Assembly (NCBI GenBank): GCA_013265495.1
Contig: MU058252.1
Location: forward strand, 1,584,244 to 1,648,243
Direction: 5' to 3'
Source of the DNA: Vicugna vicugna
Lineage: Eukaryota
Length of the DNA: 64,000 bases
The notes below the pieces were generated by a model that was not told the origin of the DNA, did not search any database, and saw only the letters and a program-made list of their open reading frames with translations. The stretch's first letter is position 1, and the number at the start of each line of letters is the position of its first letter. The translations under genes and the position numbers were made by a program. Positions 12,601 through 24,600 of the stretch are shown one piece after another.

Positions 12601-15600
12601 GGGTCGGCATTTGTCTGATGTCTCCGGGCTCTGCTGGGCCCCGGTGTTGCTTCGCTAGGAGGGTCTTCCTGGCTCCATTCTGAACTGTTACCTGGATATC
12701 AATGGGTGTGGTGCACGACCACTTAGGGGGTGATTCTGTGTTTTGTGACAAGATCGGGCTGGAGAGGAGTTGCTTCTTGTTTTTTTTAAATTTAAGAGCC
12801 AAGAAGGAGAGATTGTTCATCTTGACTTGCAGGATGCTCTGTGACATCACTTTTTGTTTTTTAATTTTCAAAATATTACAGAAGTGATTTCCTAATTCAG
12901 GCTTCAAGAGACACTGTATTTTTCTTTTGGTCTAATGGAGTAGTTACATGAACTATTTAAAGTTTATTTTTTTTGAAAATTAATTGAAGCTGTCTGAAGG
13001 GGGGTTGCAGTGGGAAGTCCGACCTGCCCGTCCTCCTGCTCTTCCTCCTCCAGGTGCCTTCCCAGAGGCAAGCCCTGATACTGACATTTGTTGTTTTATG
13101 TGTTACAAGTATCTTTTGTGCAAATACAGGTTTGTGTGTGTGTGTTAAGCTCCTTTTAAAAATGCAATAACTGAATCACTGTGCTATACACTGGAAACTA
13201 ACACAATTTTGTAAATCAACTAAGACTTCAATAAAAAAATGCAAACTAAGGTTTTTAAAAACAATTCATTTACTTCAATTGAAAAAACAGTCACCATTTT
13301 ATTTCAGGACGTTGCAGGGGTGATGTGCTAATTCGCTGGTGCTTTAATTCCTCCAAGGTCAGAAATCACTGCAGGGGGAGGCTGATGTGTCTACAGACAG
13401 GAGGGAAAAAGCCAAATCCTTCCCCTCTGTCCTGGCGCCCCAGCCAGCGTGCCCTTCACCCTGTGGTGAGGAGGGGCAGAAGGCCTACAGAGCGTGCTCT
13501 GTGCTAGGGGCCCCTTCAGCCAGTCTCGGAGCACTTCCCCCTCGTGAGTGTGCAGCATGTTGGTGCCACCTGCTGTGTGGTCCGGCCTGGCTCCTCTCTG
13601 AGGACACCCTTGGAGGTCAGTGCAGGCCGAGGTCAGGGCCGGCGCCCATGGGCCTGCTTCCCTGCCTCCCTCGTGCGTCTGAGACAAGTTTCACGCTGCG
13701 TGCAGGCCCATAGAGAACATTGTTCAAATTTTTACCTGTTTCTTAGTGCAGTTTTTCCCCTAATTATAAAAAGTACATTTATTGTACAAAATTTAGATAG
13801 AGAAATGTAAAGAAGAAAATAAAGTGACCCACAATCCCCCCAGAGGACCATGTCACACTTTTTGGTGGCACAGTCTTCTGAGCTCTTTTTCTTAGACACA
13901 CGATACACGTTTTAAGCACAGCTGGGATACCCTCCATCTGATTTCGTGTTCTGATTGTACAGTGTGCCCCTGAAGTTGCATTTTGCGTATTGATTTATCC
14001 CTGATGTGTTTTTTGTTGTTAAATGCTCTGTGAAAAAATATTTAGTAGCTACCTAACAGCCCATCATGTGGGGACAGCACACTTCACTTTCTTGTTCTCC
14101 TGTTGTTGGCTGTGTGGGTTGTTCAATACATTTAATCTGTGATGAAGCTGATACTTAACACGGGTTGAATTAATTTTAGAAAATGTTATATGTAATGTAT
14201 ACTGTATGGAAATTACGAGTAGTTTTTGTTTGAGAGAGCTGCTGTTCTTATGAGTTTAAGTTTTTGATTTTAATAATGTGTGCATATCTTTTATCTCGAT
14301 CTGAAGTATTTTACAATTGGCTCGGGCTCCTCAGAAAGGCCACATGCTCTCTCACTTCTAGAAGTTGGGCGCCTCGGGAGGAGTAAGAGGAGTTCAGTCA
14401 CTTGTTCTTGCAGCCTCACTGGTGCCTGTGTCTGTGCTCGTACTCGGTGGAGCTGACACGTCCGGCAGACGGATGGGGCTTTGCTCCAGCCGTCTGTCTC
14501 CGGGAGCTTGTGGCAAGCAGCCGGTGCCGTCAGGGAGCTCGGAGCGCCTCCTCCACCCGGTGCAGCTGCGGGCGCTGTCCGCTCGGGCCGTCCGCTTCCG
14601 CGAGTGCGAGCCGGACCTTCCCAGCCTGTGGCCTGCGTGCTGAGTGCGCCCCCCGGGCCGCATGTGAGCTCCGGCCCCGCCCCGCTGGCGCTGGCTGGCG
14701 GCATGGTCACCCGCCAGCCGGGTGAGCTGACCTGAACTCCCGCCAGCACGGGTCTCACGTGGCAGAGGGTTGAGGGGAACTCGCCAGGACGGTTCCGCCC
14801 AAGTGCGGCTCTTGGCAGAGTGAGCGGACGGTTGTCGAGTCCTTACTGCGTGCCCGAACTGTGCCGTGTGCTTGACCCGCTGCCTGTCGCTGGGTCTGTT
14901 CTGTGCAGCCGCTCGCCCCGCGTGATGGGTGAAGATGCCGAGGCCGAAACGCTCATGTTACCGGGCGTGGCCGTGGTCACTCCGCCCACGGATGGGGGAC
15001 CAGAATTTGAGTCCAGGTTGTTAGACTCTGAGTCCCACATGCTAACCAGAATGCTGACTTTTAAATGCAAGCTGATTTGTAGTTGGTTTAAACATTAATA
15101 GTTAAAACTTTTTCCTTTTTGTTAGAGGAACAAAAAATGACCCATTGTTCTGACGGGCAGCAGCATTTTGGACATTAACTACCTTCTGTGGTTTTCTCTT
15201 CACATTCCTGCTGGGAAGGTCACTTTGGTTGCTTACAGAGCGTCTCAGGTTCTCCTAATGGAATTGCACGTGCGGTCACTTTAAAGGCCCCCCAGTCCCG
15301 AGCTTTGCGCAGAGTGGGGATTGAGTACCGCTGGTACTGCGGGGGCGGGTGGGGGCAGGAGACTGGCTCAGAGTCCAGGGAGCGCTTCCCTCCCGGAGGT
15401 ACTCACACGCTTCTGCCTCTCTCTCCCCCCAGGCGGAAGGTTATGTAATTGGAAGCTGCATCAAACACATCCCGATTGCAGGTAGAGATATTACGTATTT
15501 CATTCAACAGCTGCTAAGGGAGAGGGAGGTGGGAATCCCTCCTGAGCAATCACTGGAGACCGCAAAGGCCATTAAGGTAAAAACAGACGGGAAACGGGCC

Positions 15601-18600
15601 GGTTTGGGGGTGAGAGAGAAACGGTGTTTGCACACTTCCCCTCGCGGCTGCCACCCCTGCTCCCCCGCCCCTGCCCCACCCCGCCAAGAATGTGGGTCTT
15701 CGTCTGTTTACCACTTGAACTAGGGGCTGAAAGCGTAGCCTCTTCTCTGAACACGGATGCTTGTGGAGGTTCTGCCTGTAAGTGAGAGCAGCTTGATACC
15801 CGCTGTTGAGCATCGTACGTAGTACAGTGTCATTTAATTGGAGCCTGATTAGACAGAACCTCCAATTAGCCGATGTGTCTTCCACCTCTCCCTCCAGGCT
15901 TCATTTCTCTGTCAGGAACAGACAGCAGCAGTGGCTGTGAGGAGCCCTGTGCAGCCAGCCAGAATTCAGACTCATTCCCATCACCTGCAGTGTGTGGCCC
16001 TGTACCCTGAGGGTTACTGCTCAGAGTGACGCTGTTCTCGGGTGAATCATTAAACAGAGTCCACATGTGTTTTCTAGACTCTCATTACCATGCTGGAGAA
16101 GTTACAGGAAGCTCCAGAATTAAATCAGTAAGATCAGGAGGAAAATGGCTCATTGGTCCTTATTTAAAATGCCCACTTGACCTGACCCATCAGTTTGGTC
16201 TTTGTATTGCTCTGTAGGTGGCAGTTGACAGACCCTTTTTAGAGGAACTTTCTTTTCAGGTTGCAGAATCAGGAGAAATTACTGTTTTGTTTTTGTTTTT
16301 AATCAAAATACAAGAGATTCTTAGTAACACAAGGATAATTATTATACAGATGAAGAGCAAAGATTTTGTTTTTGGAGAATTTAAACATGAGAGGTGACGT
16401 GTGGCCTTGAACACACAGTTTCTGAGCTGCAGGGGAGTTTAAGGGAGGTTAGCCTTCCCCCTTTCCTTCCACCTGTGCACCCAGTAACGGGCTGGTTGAA
16501 GGAAAGATAGCATCCAGGGTTTTGCACGACTCTCCTGGTGGACACAGAGGTGTTTTTAGGACAGGTGCACTGGTGTGGGTCAGGGCTCCTGCGAGTAGGG
16601 TGGCCGGCTGCCCGGGTGCTCCCAGGACTAGAGTTTCCAGGGCTGGGGCACCTCAGAGCTTGGTGTGCGGTCCTGGACGGCCCATGGGAGTCAGTCCTTT
16701 CCCTCTGGGGGAAGGTTTACAGAAGTGTAAGACTTTCTTTTTAGATTAAAATATTTTCCAGAACTTCCCCTCTTCCTTTCCTTGCCTTTCTTCAAGGAAA
16801 CAAATTTGGATATTTGACCCAAGTTCCCTCGCCACCCCACCCCTGTCACCAGTGTGCCTTGGAGTCTCTAGCTCCCAACCGTTGGGGGTGTGCGGGCAAG
16901 TGGGGCCCTGAGTGTGCTGACCGTTAGGGAGGCTGCTCTCCTGGTCCTTGCGGTGGCCTTTGCCTTCCTCATTGGCTCCCTGGGGTCCGTCTCTGACCTT
17001 GAGCTGGGGCTGGCCCGTTCGGGCCGTGATGGTTTATCGCTCAGCCTCGAAGGTCGGGAGTGAAAGGACTCATCGTGGTCCCCGCAGGCCAGCTGCCCCG
17101 ACCCTGCTGTCGGTTAGTTCTCGCCCCACTTCTCTCTGTAGCAGAAGAGATCCTGGGAGTGGGTCAGAGTTACCCCTGTGTCTCGTTACGCCCGTGGGCA
17201 GGAGCGGGCCTGCGGCTGCGTGGGCCCTGGCAGCAGGGACAGCGGTGTTCCATGACTTGGAGCTGACCTGCTGCACGCTGTCAACTCTGTGGAGGCACTG
17301 CCTGCCTTTAGTTAAGCCCTTGAGATGCCGTGAGACATTGAGCTGGCCTCTCGGGACAACTTACTGTTTCTGCCCCCAGCCTGGTAGATTTGAAGCTGTA
17401 TGGACTGACTCCCTCACTCAGTCGTCAGTGAGCTCGGGTGTGCAGCAAGTCTGGCTCGTCAGTCTTGCAGTTCTGCAGAGTGTGCCATGGGTGTTGTTAG
17501 GGTCTATATCAGGGATTCTAAGAAACTTTAAACTTAGTATCATGAAGATGCCTTCAGAGGTCCTCCTGAACTCCAGCCGTGGGCCTGACACAGTGCAGGC
17601 AATGAACAAAGCCCACCTGGCCCACAGGAAGCTGACTTTCAGAATCGGTACCCAGGGGCCACCTGCTGCTCTTGGGAGGTTAGCTCTAAGCACAGATGAT
17701 TGACCCAAAGACCCTCTGTCAATCATCACCAGCTGAGGAAACGGTTTGCATAGCTCAGGCTGGGGCTGGCGCCGAGCAGGTTCTTGTGCCCTGACGTGTG
17801 GCAGCTTCATCCTGCCAAAGTCGGCCTTTTCTTTGGTCCATGGTACCTGGCACCTTACAGAGTGCAGTGTCATTTACTTATTCATCACAGTCGTTGCTTA
17901 CTCTGACTCAGCCAGTGTGAGGGCTGCTGGTCAGGGCTCTGTGTGTGTTTTGTTCACTTGTGCGTCCCGCGTGCCTAGGTACTCGGTAGCTATCTGTTGT
18001 GGAGCTGCTGAGCACACTGTGTCAGACCGCACAGCAGGCTAACCACCTGCCGATCGGCCGTGGTGAGCACAGGGCCAGATCTGCCGCCTTCAGCGGCTTG
18101 GGCTGTGGCGCGGGTCTGCGGGTCCCGGTGGATGGCAGCGAGTGCCTGGGCAGGCGCCACGTGGGGGCCTACGAGGAGTAAGGAGAGAGGAGATGGAGAT
18201 GAGGGACTTAGTAGACACCGTTAAACATCATCTCAGATAGTAGCAGCAACATGTGACAGAGTGAGGCTGGGACTAACTGCAGAGCTGGAAAGAAAGCAGA
18301 TTTACGCAGCCAGAGTGTAGTCGTGAGATGTCTCTGAGCTCGGTGCGTGTCCTCTGAAGTTGTGGCCGTGGGCAGGACTGATGTCGGGGGTGTGTGGTGC
18401 TGGAGTTACTGGGTGTTTGCCGGAGGGCAGACTGGGTGGTGGCTAATGCCTGGTGACATCTCTGTGTGTGTGTCTGCAGGAGAAGTACTGTTACATTTGC
18501 CCTGATATAGTCAAGGAGTTTGCCAAGTATGACATAGATCCGCGGAAGTGGATCAAACAGTACACAGGGATCAATGCCATCAACCAGAAGAAGTTCGTTA

Positions 18601-21600
18601 TAGATGTTGGCTACGAAAGGTTCCTGGGCCCTGAAATTTTCTTTCACCCAGAGGTAAGATGTTTGCTTTCTGAGTATGCAAAGAATGACGTGTGTGGAGC
18701 GATGCTGCCACCTTGTGTGTGCAAGAGCGGTTCTCTGTGGGACTCCTGAGTGGGGTGGCCGCCTTTCAGGGAGGATCTCCCGGGATGCAGGCTGCAGCCT
18801 CTGTGGCTGTTCTGGCCCCTGTGTGGTCCACCTGCTTGACTGGGTGTTTCAGCGTGCCCCTCTTTGGGTCTGGTTATCTGTTAAACAGTTAATGGTTGGT
18901 TAAATCGAGAGTGGTTAGGAAGAAGCTTTAAGAGCAATAGAAGATAATGGAGTTGAAATTCATCTTACACTAGCATGAGAACTAGTTAATCTCACGACCG
19001 AATGGAACTTGCCTCTGGGTAAGAGTGGATAGCGTGTAACCTTCCGACCGCCTGTCCCCATTCCAGCTGTAACCCAGGCCAGCAGGTCCTGCTGTGCTCC
19101 CTGCTGCAAGTTAGTTAAAGCTTCTGTCCGAGGGCAGCCTCGGAAAGAGGAATTACAGGTATCATCGGTTTAACGAGTGGTCACAAAGAATTATTACTGC
19201 TTTTGCAAAAGCAGTAGTTAAGAGGCAACATTTTAAGGTTTAAATAAAATGGATTTTATTTATATTTTGGTATATTTTTCTGCCTCATTCAGTTTACATT
19301 TAATAGGTAAGTACAAACCGCTGCCTGTTCTTCGATGCGAATGACCGTTTGTTCAGGCAAATGGCACACAGCATATGCCTGACTGTCTGCTAGCACAGCG
19401 CCCATTCCCTGTGCCTGTGAGAGTCCAGCTGGACGCGAACCAACCCGGTCCAGCGAACAGCTGCGTGGTACCTTCTTCCCTCGAGCACATTAGCCCTTTC
19501 CGTGATTTTTAAAGTGTATTTCAGAATTTTGTAATCGAGTTATTTATACTGTAGCTTATTTCACTTATGGAATTGGATTTAAGACTTTGGAATTGGATTT
19601 AAGACTTTTTACTCAATAACACGATTGTTACCATATTGATTGTTTCACCTTGGAAGCCACCCCCTTCCCGCTTCCCAGTCTTCTAGCTCAGATTTCACAG
19701 TGTGAGTCGCTGCCTAGGTTTTTTCTTACATCCTGGCTAACTTTTTCATGACATTGGTGTCTATACTTGATGCGCTCATTACCTACTCAGTATTTTTCAC
19801 TGCCCGTCGCGTACATCATGTGAGTCACTGTGTATTCTGATGCAGGGCTGGTCTGTCTTTGTTACTGTTTGGTGTTTTTCCCTCACTAAATCCACACATA
19901 TCTCTTGAGGGGACATGTCACCATCACTACTTGCACAGAATCACTTGGATTCATATGACATATTCTTTCCAATGTGGCAGTTTTAAAGGCATAGTAAATT
20001 CTGTATTTGTTAAAGTTACTTTTTAAAAATGTTGTTGAGAGGAATGTGTAATGTTTCTTTTATGTTTGTATAAAATTCAGTTTGCCAACCCGGATTTTAT
20101 GGAGTCCATCTCAGATGTTGTTGACGAAGTAATACAGAACTGTCCCATCGATGTCCGTCGTCCGCTGTATAAGGTATAAGCTGCTTGGGTAAGGTGCCTG
20201 GGTTTCATTCTGGAATTAAAGGCCCAGCATTCTGAGAATAATAGATTCTTAACATCAATCTGCAGGCAGTCCTGTTTGACTTCTGTCTTACAGTATTTGT
20301 TAAAGGCCGGCGTCCTGGTGAAGTATTTTTCTTGCAATGGGTATGACTTAAATGTTTGGCAATATGACTCAGTTAACCAGAAGTATTTAATTTAAAAATT
20401 CTGGTATCTCTTATTCTTATTTGCCCAGCTGTATTTTAAGTTGGGCAATTTTAACCCTCCATATTGACTGAAAGGTCAAGGGGCTCCTTCCCCTCCTGCT
20501 TTCCGTGAATTCACTGGCCTTGCTTCGTGCGTATTTAGATTCATGCTGCATGTGTTGTTGCCAGAGAGAAGGCGGAGCCTGAAATGAACTATCAGAAAAT
20601 GCTCATGTAATATTTTTCCAAAATTCTTTGAGCATAGAGAATTTTGAAACTTGAAAGGAGAAGAAGCCAGTTCATTGAATTGTAGGATGAAGGACCTGTT
20701 GCTGACAGCCGGAGTTGGGGGTTGGGGCAGAAAGTGGCAGTCAGCTGACCCTGCTTCTCCGGCAGCTCACCTCTGCCTGCGCGTCCTGCTCTTCCCCCCG
20801 GACCGCGTCTCCCCTTCTCAGACGCAGGGACCCGAACCTTAGGGAGTAGAGGCCCGGGCTCAGTAGAGAGGGCTTGATACAGCTTGTTTCATCTGGGCGG
20901 TAGAATACTATGCAGCCCTTAAAAAGAATGAGGTAAATCAGTGTACGTTCAAATGAAAAGATGTCTACAGTATATATTGTTAAATGAAAAAGCAAGTTGT
21001 AAAATTTACATGTAGTATTATTTCATCTTACTTAAAAATATAGTTTGTATATATGTATGTGTGTATATATATATATGTATATAAGAAAAAGGTTTAAATG
21101 ATACGTGATAAACTCCTTAAAATAAAATATCTCTGGGCATGAGATGGATAACTCTTACTTTCTACTTTCTGTGTTTTAAAATTATTTGAAATTTTATAGT
21201 TAACAAATGTTATTTTAATTATTGGAAAACATTTTCCTATATAGACAACTTTGATCAATGAAAACAAATTATAATTCTGTTTTTCTTGGTACATAACCTT
21301 AATTCAACATCTCTCTCCTCCAATAAAATGTGCAAGGAAGGGAAACCAAAGGCAGACTGGAGTATTAGAATTAAGTGCTGCACGTGTCCTGTCCCTGCTT
21401 CTTAAATCTCACTTAACATTAGCTGTGTCTTCTTGTCTGTGAAAGCAAGGAACAAATGTGCACTGTTTAGTCTTGTTTCCAAAACAGGGGCTTGGTGAGT
21501 GAATGAATTTAATATTGAGGCCTAAAAACACCCCTTTCTGCGAGTTCACTTGCCAGGTAACAGCTTGCTTTCCAGGCTCAGTGGCGGGAACCATAGGTCG

Positions 21601-24600
21601 GTTTTCTTTTGATGAGCGAGTAGGAGGAGGCCTGCTTTAGGTCCTACTGACAACACCTGAGATGTTCCTGGTCATTGAGTGAACACTTTACTCTGGCTCA
21701 TTGACGAGAAAACGGTGGTGGAGAATAAAACGTGACTTTGAAAATTCAGACTTTTTAAAAAAGCAAAACAAATTTTTAGACAAAAATTGTTTTTTTGTCA
21801 TAATCTAATTTTTATTTGAGTCTGATCTGTAGATAAGGGTGTTCATGTGCTGCTTTTTTCTGTTCAGTTTCCAAGTGTGATGGAGGTTGGGTCTGGCGGA
21901 GGCTAGTGTGTGAGAGCCGAGTTCTGGAGGCCTGTGATTTACCCAGGAGGCCAAGTCTTTGCAGGCAGCAGGTGCTGCTTGAAACCAGCTTTCAGCCCTG
22001 GCTGGCTGTGGGCATCACCCCAGGAGCTGAGTCCCCCCCCGCATTGCACCCTCCCAGAGATTCTGATATAATTGGGCCGGGCATCTGGATTTGAAAAGCT
22101 CCCCTCTTGATGCAGTGTGCAGCCACGTTGAAAACCACTGTGAGCAACTAGCTCACTCTGGGGGTAGTCAGCGTTGAGTAACTTTCATGCTTTCCTTGAG
22201 AGCAGAGCCAATTTTGGGTGCTTTGTAATGCGACTGGTGTCTTCTGTTCCTGAATTCTGTTTATCAGATATCCGGGTGTCTACTAAATACAAGACACTAT
22301 TGTTGTTCAATTAGAGGATTTAAGTACGTGTGAGAGATGATTCTTGTCTTACTAAGAAGCTAAAAATAATACCGAAATAATTCTGAGGGGAACCACCACA
22401 AGCAAAATGTCATTTAAGTGAGTTATGCAAGTGACGGTGATTGAAAGAAGGGGCACATGGCATCTAATGAGAGGGAATGAGGAAGAGCCTGAGGAGGGTG
22501 GCATTGGGCTGAGTCTGGGGCTTGGCCTGCAGAGAAAAGGGGGGAGGCGGGGCAAGTGCATGAGCATTGTGTAGATGGGGTGGGGGCGGTCAGGCGTTGA
22601 GAAACCTGCTGTGGGTGGAGCCCCATGGCACTGGACGTGGTGGGAAACAAATCCAGGCCGGAGGGTGGGGCTGGCAATAAATGTTTAAACCTGCTCTAGC
22701 AGTGGGTTGGGAGGTTGGTAAAACATTTTTATTCATTGTGTTTGTAAAGCAGATGTGAATACATCTTGGTATAGTTCAAGGAATGACTTTTCTGTAACAG
22801 ATTGCTTGAATTGGGTAGATACGTTATAATTACGTTAATACCTTTAAAATCAGAGAAGCGTGTTGCAGAGTAAATGAGATATATATATAAAATTTTTATT
22901 TTCAATATTGAATAAGTTAAAATATCCTTAGTACTTGAGAGAGAAAAATATATATTTTAAGATGTCATTGTTTTTTTCAGACCTTTTCAAAATAGGCCCT
23001 TTATTCAGGTGAAATCCTGAGTGAAGTCTAACAAGTGAATGGAGCAGAAGGTAGTTCGGGGCAGGGTGGTGGACAGAGAGGGTTAAGAACTCTGCCCGTT
23101 CAGCCCTGACTCCGGTTCATACCCCATAGCTCTTATTTGATGCTACCTGCCGAGGTTCCCGGGAACCGTCGTGTCTTGAGCGGGGAGACAGGGGTCTTTG
23201 TGTTACTGGGGGTGAGGGTGGGGTTCAGGGTGATGTGGACCCTGAACGCTGGCTCGCCAGGCTGGGGGGCTTTCCGAAGCCTGTTGTCACTTAGCACAGT
23301 CGCCCCTGGACATGTGTGGCTGGGGAGGCCCTGCAGCATGACTGTGTGACTGAAGAGCCACACTGAGAGTTCCTTCATGGGATGCGAACTTCCCTGGCTG
23401 TGTATGTGCCAGTGGGACGGCTCCGGCCCCTCCCAGCCCCGAGGCTGCCGTGACTTCCTGGTCAGAGCCGGGAGTGCGCATGGGAGCGGGGAGGGCGGTC
23501 TGGTCAGAGGAGGGACTGCTTGCAGGACCAGGTGGAGGAGACCAGAGCATCTGCGAATCTGGAAGGACCCCAGCATCCTTGCACCTAACGTTTGAAAATG
23601 AGCCTGGCTGTGCGCAGGGGCCAGATTCTGCAGGGCCCATAGGGAGGGGGCGATGAGAGCTGTGGTTTAAAAGGGCTCTGGGGAGAAGTGGCACGTTCTG
23701 GAGGGGCCTCGCTTGGAGTTGGACTTTATCCTAAGTGTGTTGAGGGTTTTATGCAGGAGGCTGTGTAATCTGACCTAGGTTTTAGGACAGTGCTTGAGCT
23801 GCACCAGAGGGAGTGGGTTGGAGCCAGGGAGATCGGGTGAAGGCCGCTGGGTCCTGTGGGCGAGGCCGTACAGTGCCCGTGTTGGGAGGTGGCAGTGATA
23901 CGGAGTGTGGTGTGGATGGAGAGAGAGGCCCTGAGGGGTTCGCAGACCCTTGATGAGCTCAAGAGGCTCAGGTCTCTGCATGTCTAGGAGGAGGGGGTGT
24001 CGTTTGCTGAGAAAGGAAGCGCGGGAGAAAGGGCCTTCGAGGAGGCGTCAAGGATGAGGTCTGGCTTCTGGAGGCTTGGAGAAGATTGGGCCAGACTTTT
24101 GGGGACCGTCAGTGTTCTGGAGGAAGTGAAAGGTCCGCAGGAGCACGTGCCGCTGAGAAGACGGGAGGACCGTGGGCAGAACCAAGGAAGCCGGATTTCA
24201 GGGGACGGCAGGGGGGAGACCAGAGAGACCGTGTCAGCGTTCTCCAGGGAGCAGCCGGTCGCTGTTACTTGCTCTCTGTCTCAGACTCGTTTTAAGGAGG
24301 TGGTCTGTCTGGCAAGTCCCAGGTTCACAGGGCGGCCAGCAGGCAGCAGGCCCAGGCAGGAGCTGCCGCGGCAGGCTTGAGGCGACTCCTCTGCTCTGGG
24401 AACACTTGAGTTTTGCTCCTAAGGCCTTGCGCTCCTCGGGTGAGGCTCCATCATGTTACGGAGGGTCCTCTTTCCTTGATGTTAACCACATCTGCAGAGT
24501 GCCTTCCCCGCAGCACCTCAGATCGCTGGGTGCCCCGGCCAGGCCAAGCTGACACAGAAGATTGACCACCGTGGGAGCAGGAGGGAAGGGCTGAAGAAAG

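Noticed and set aside
16948..17703. 251-aa ORF in intron 7
   Set aside because: Non-ATG start, no recognisable domain, composition typical of chance ORFs in GC-rich DNA.
18889..19018. Possible poison exon after exon 8 (aacag|...|gtaaga)
   Set aside because: Poor polypyrimidine tract; such site pairs are common by chance.
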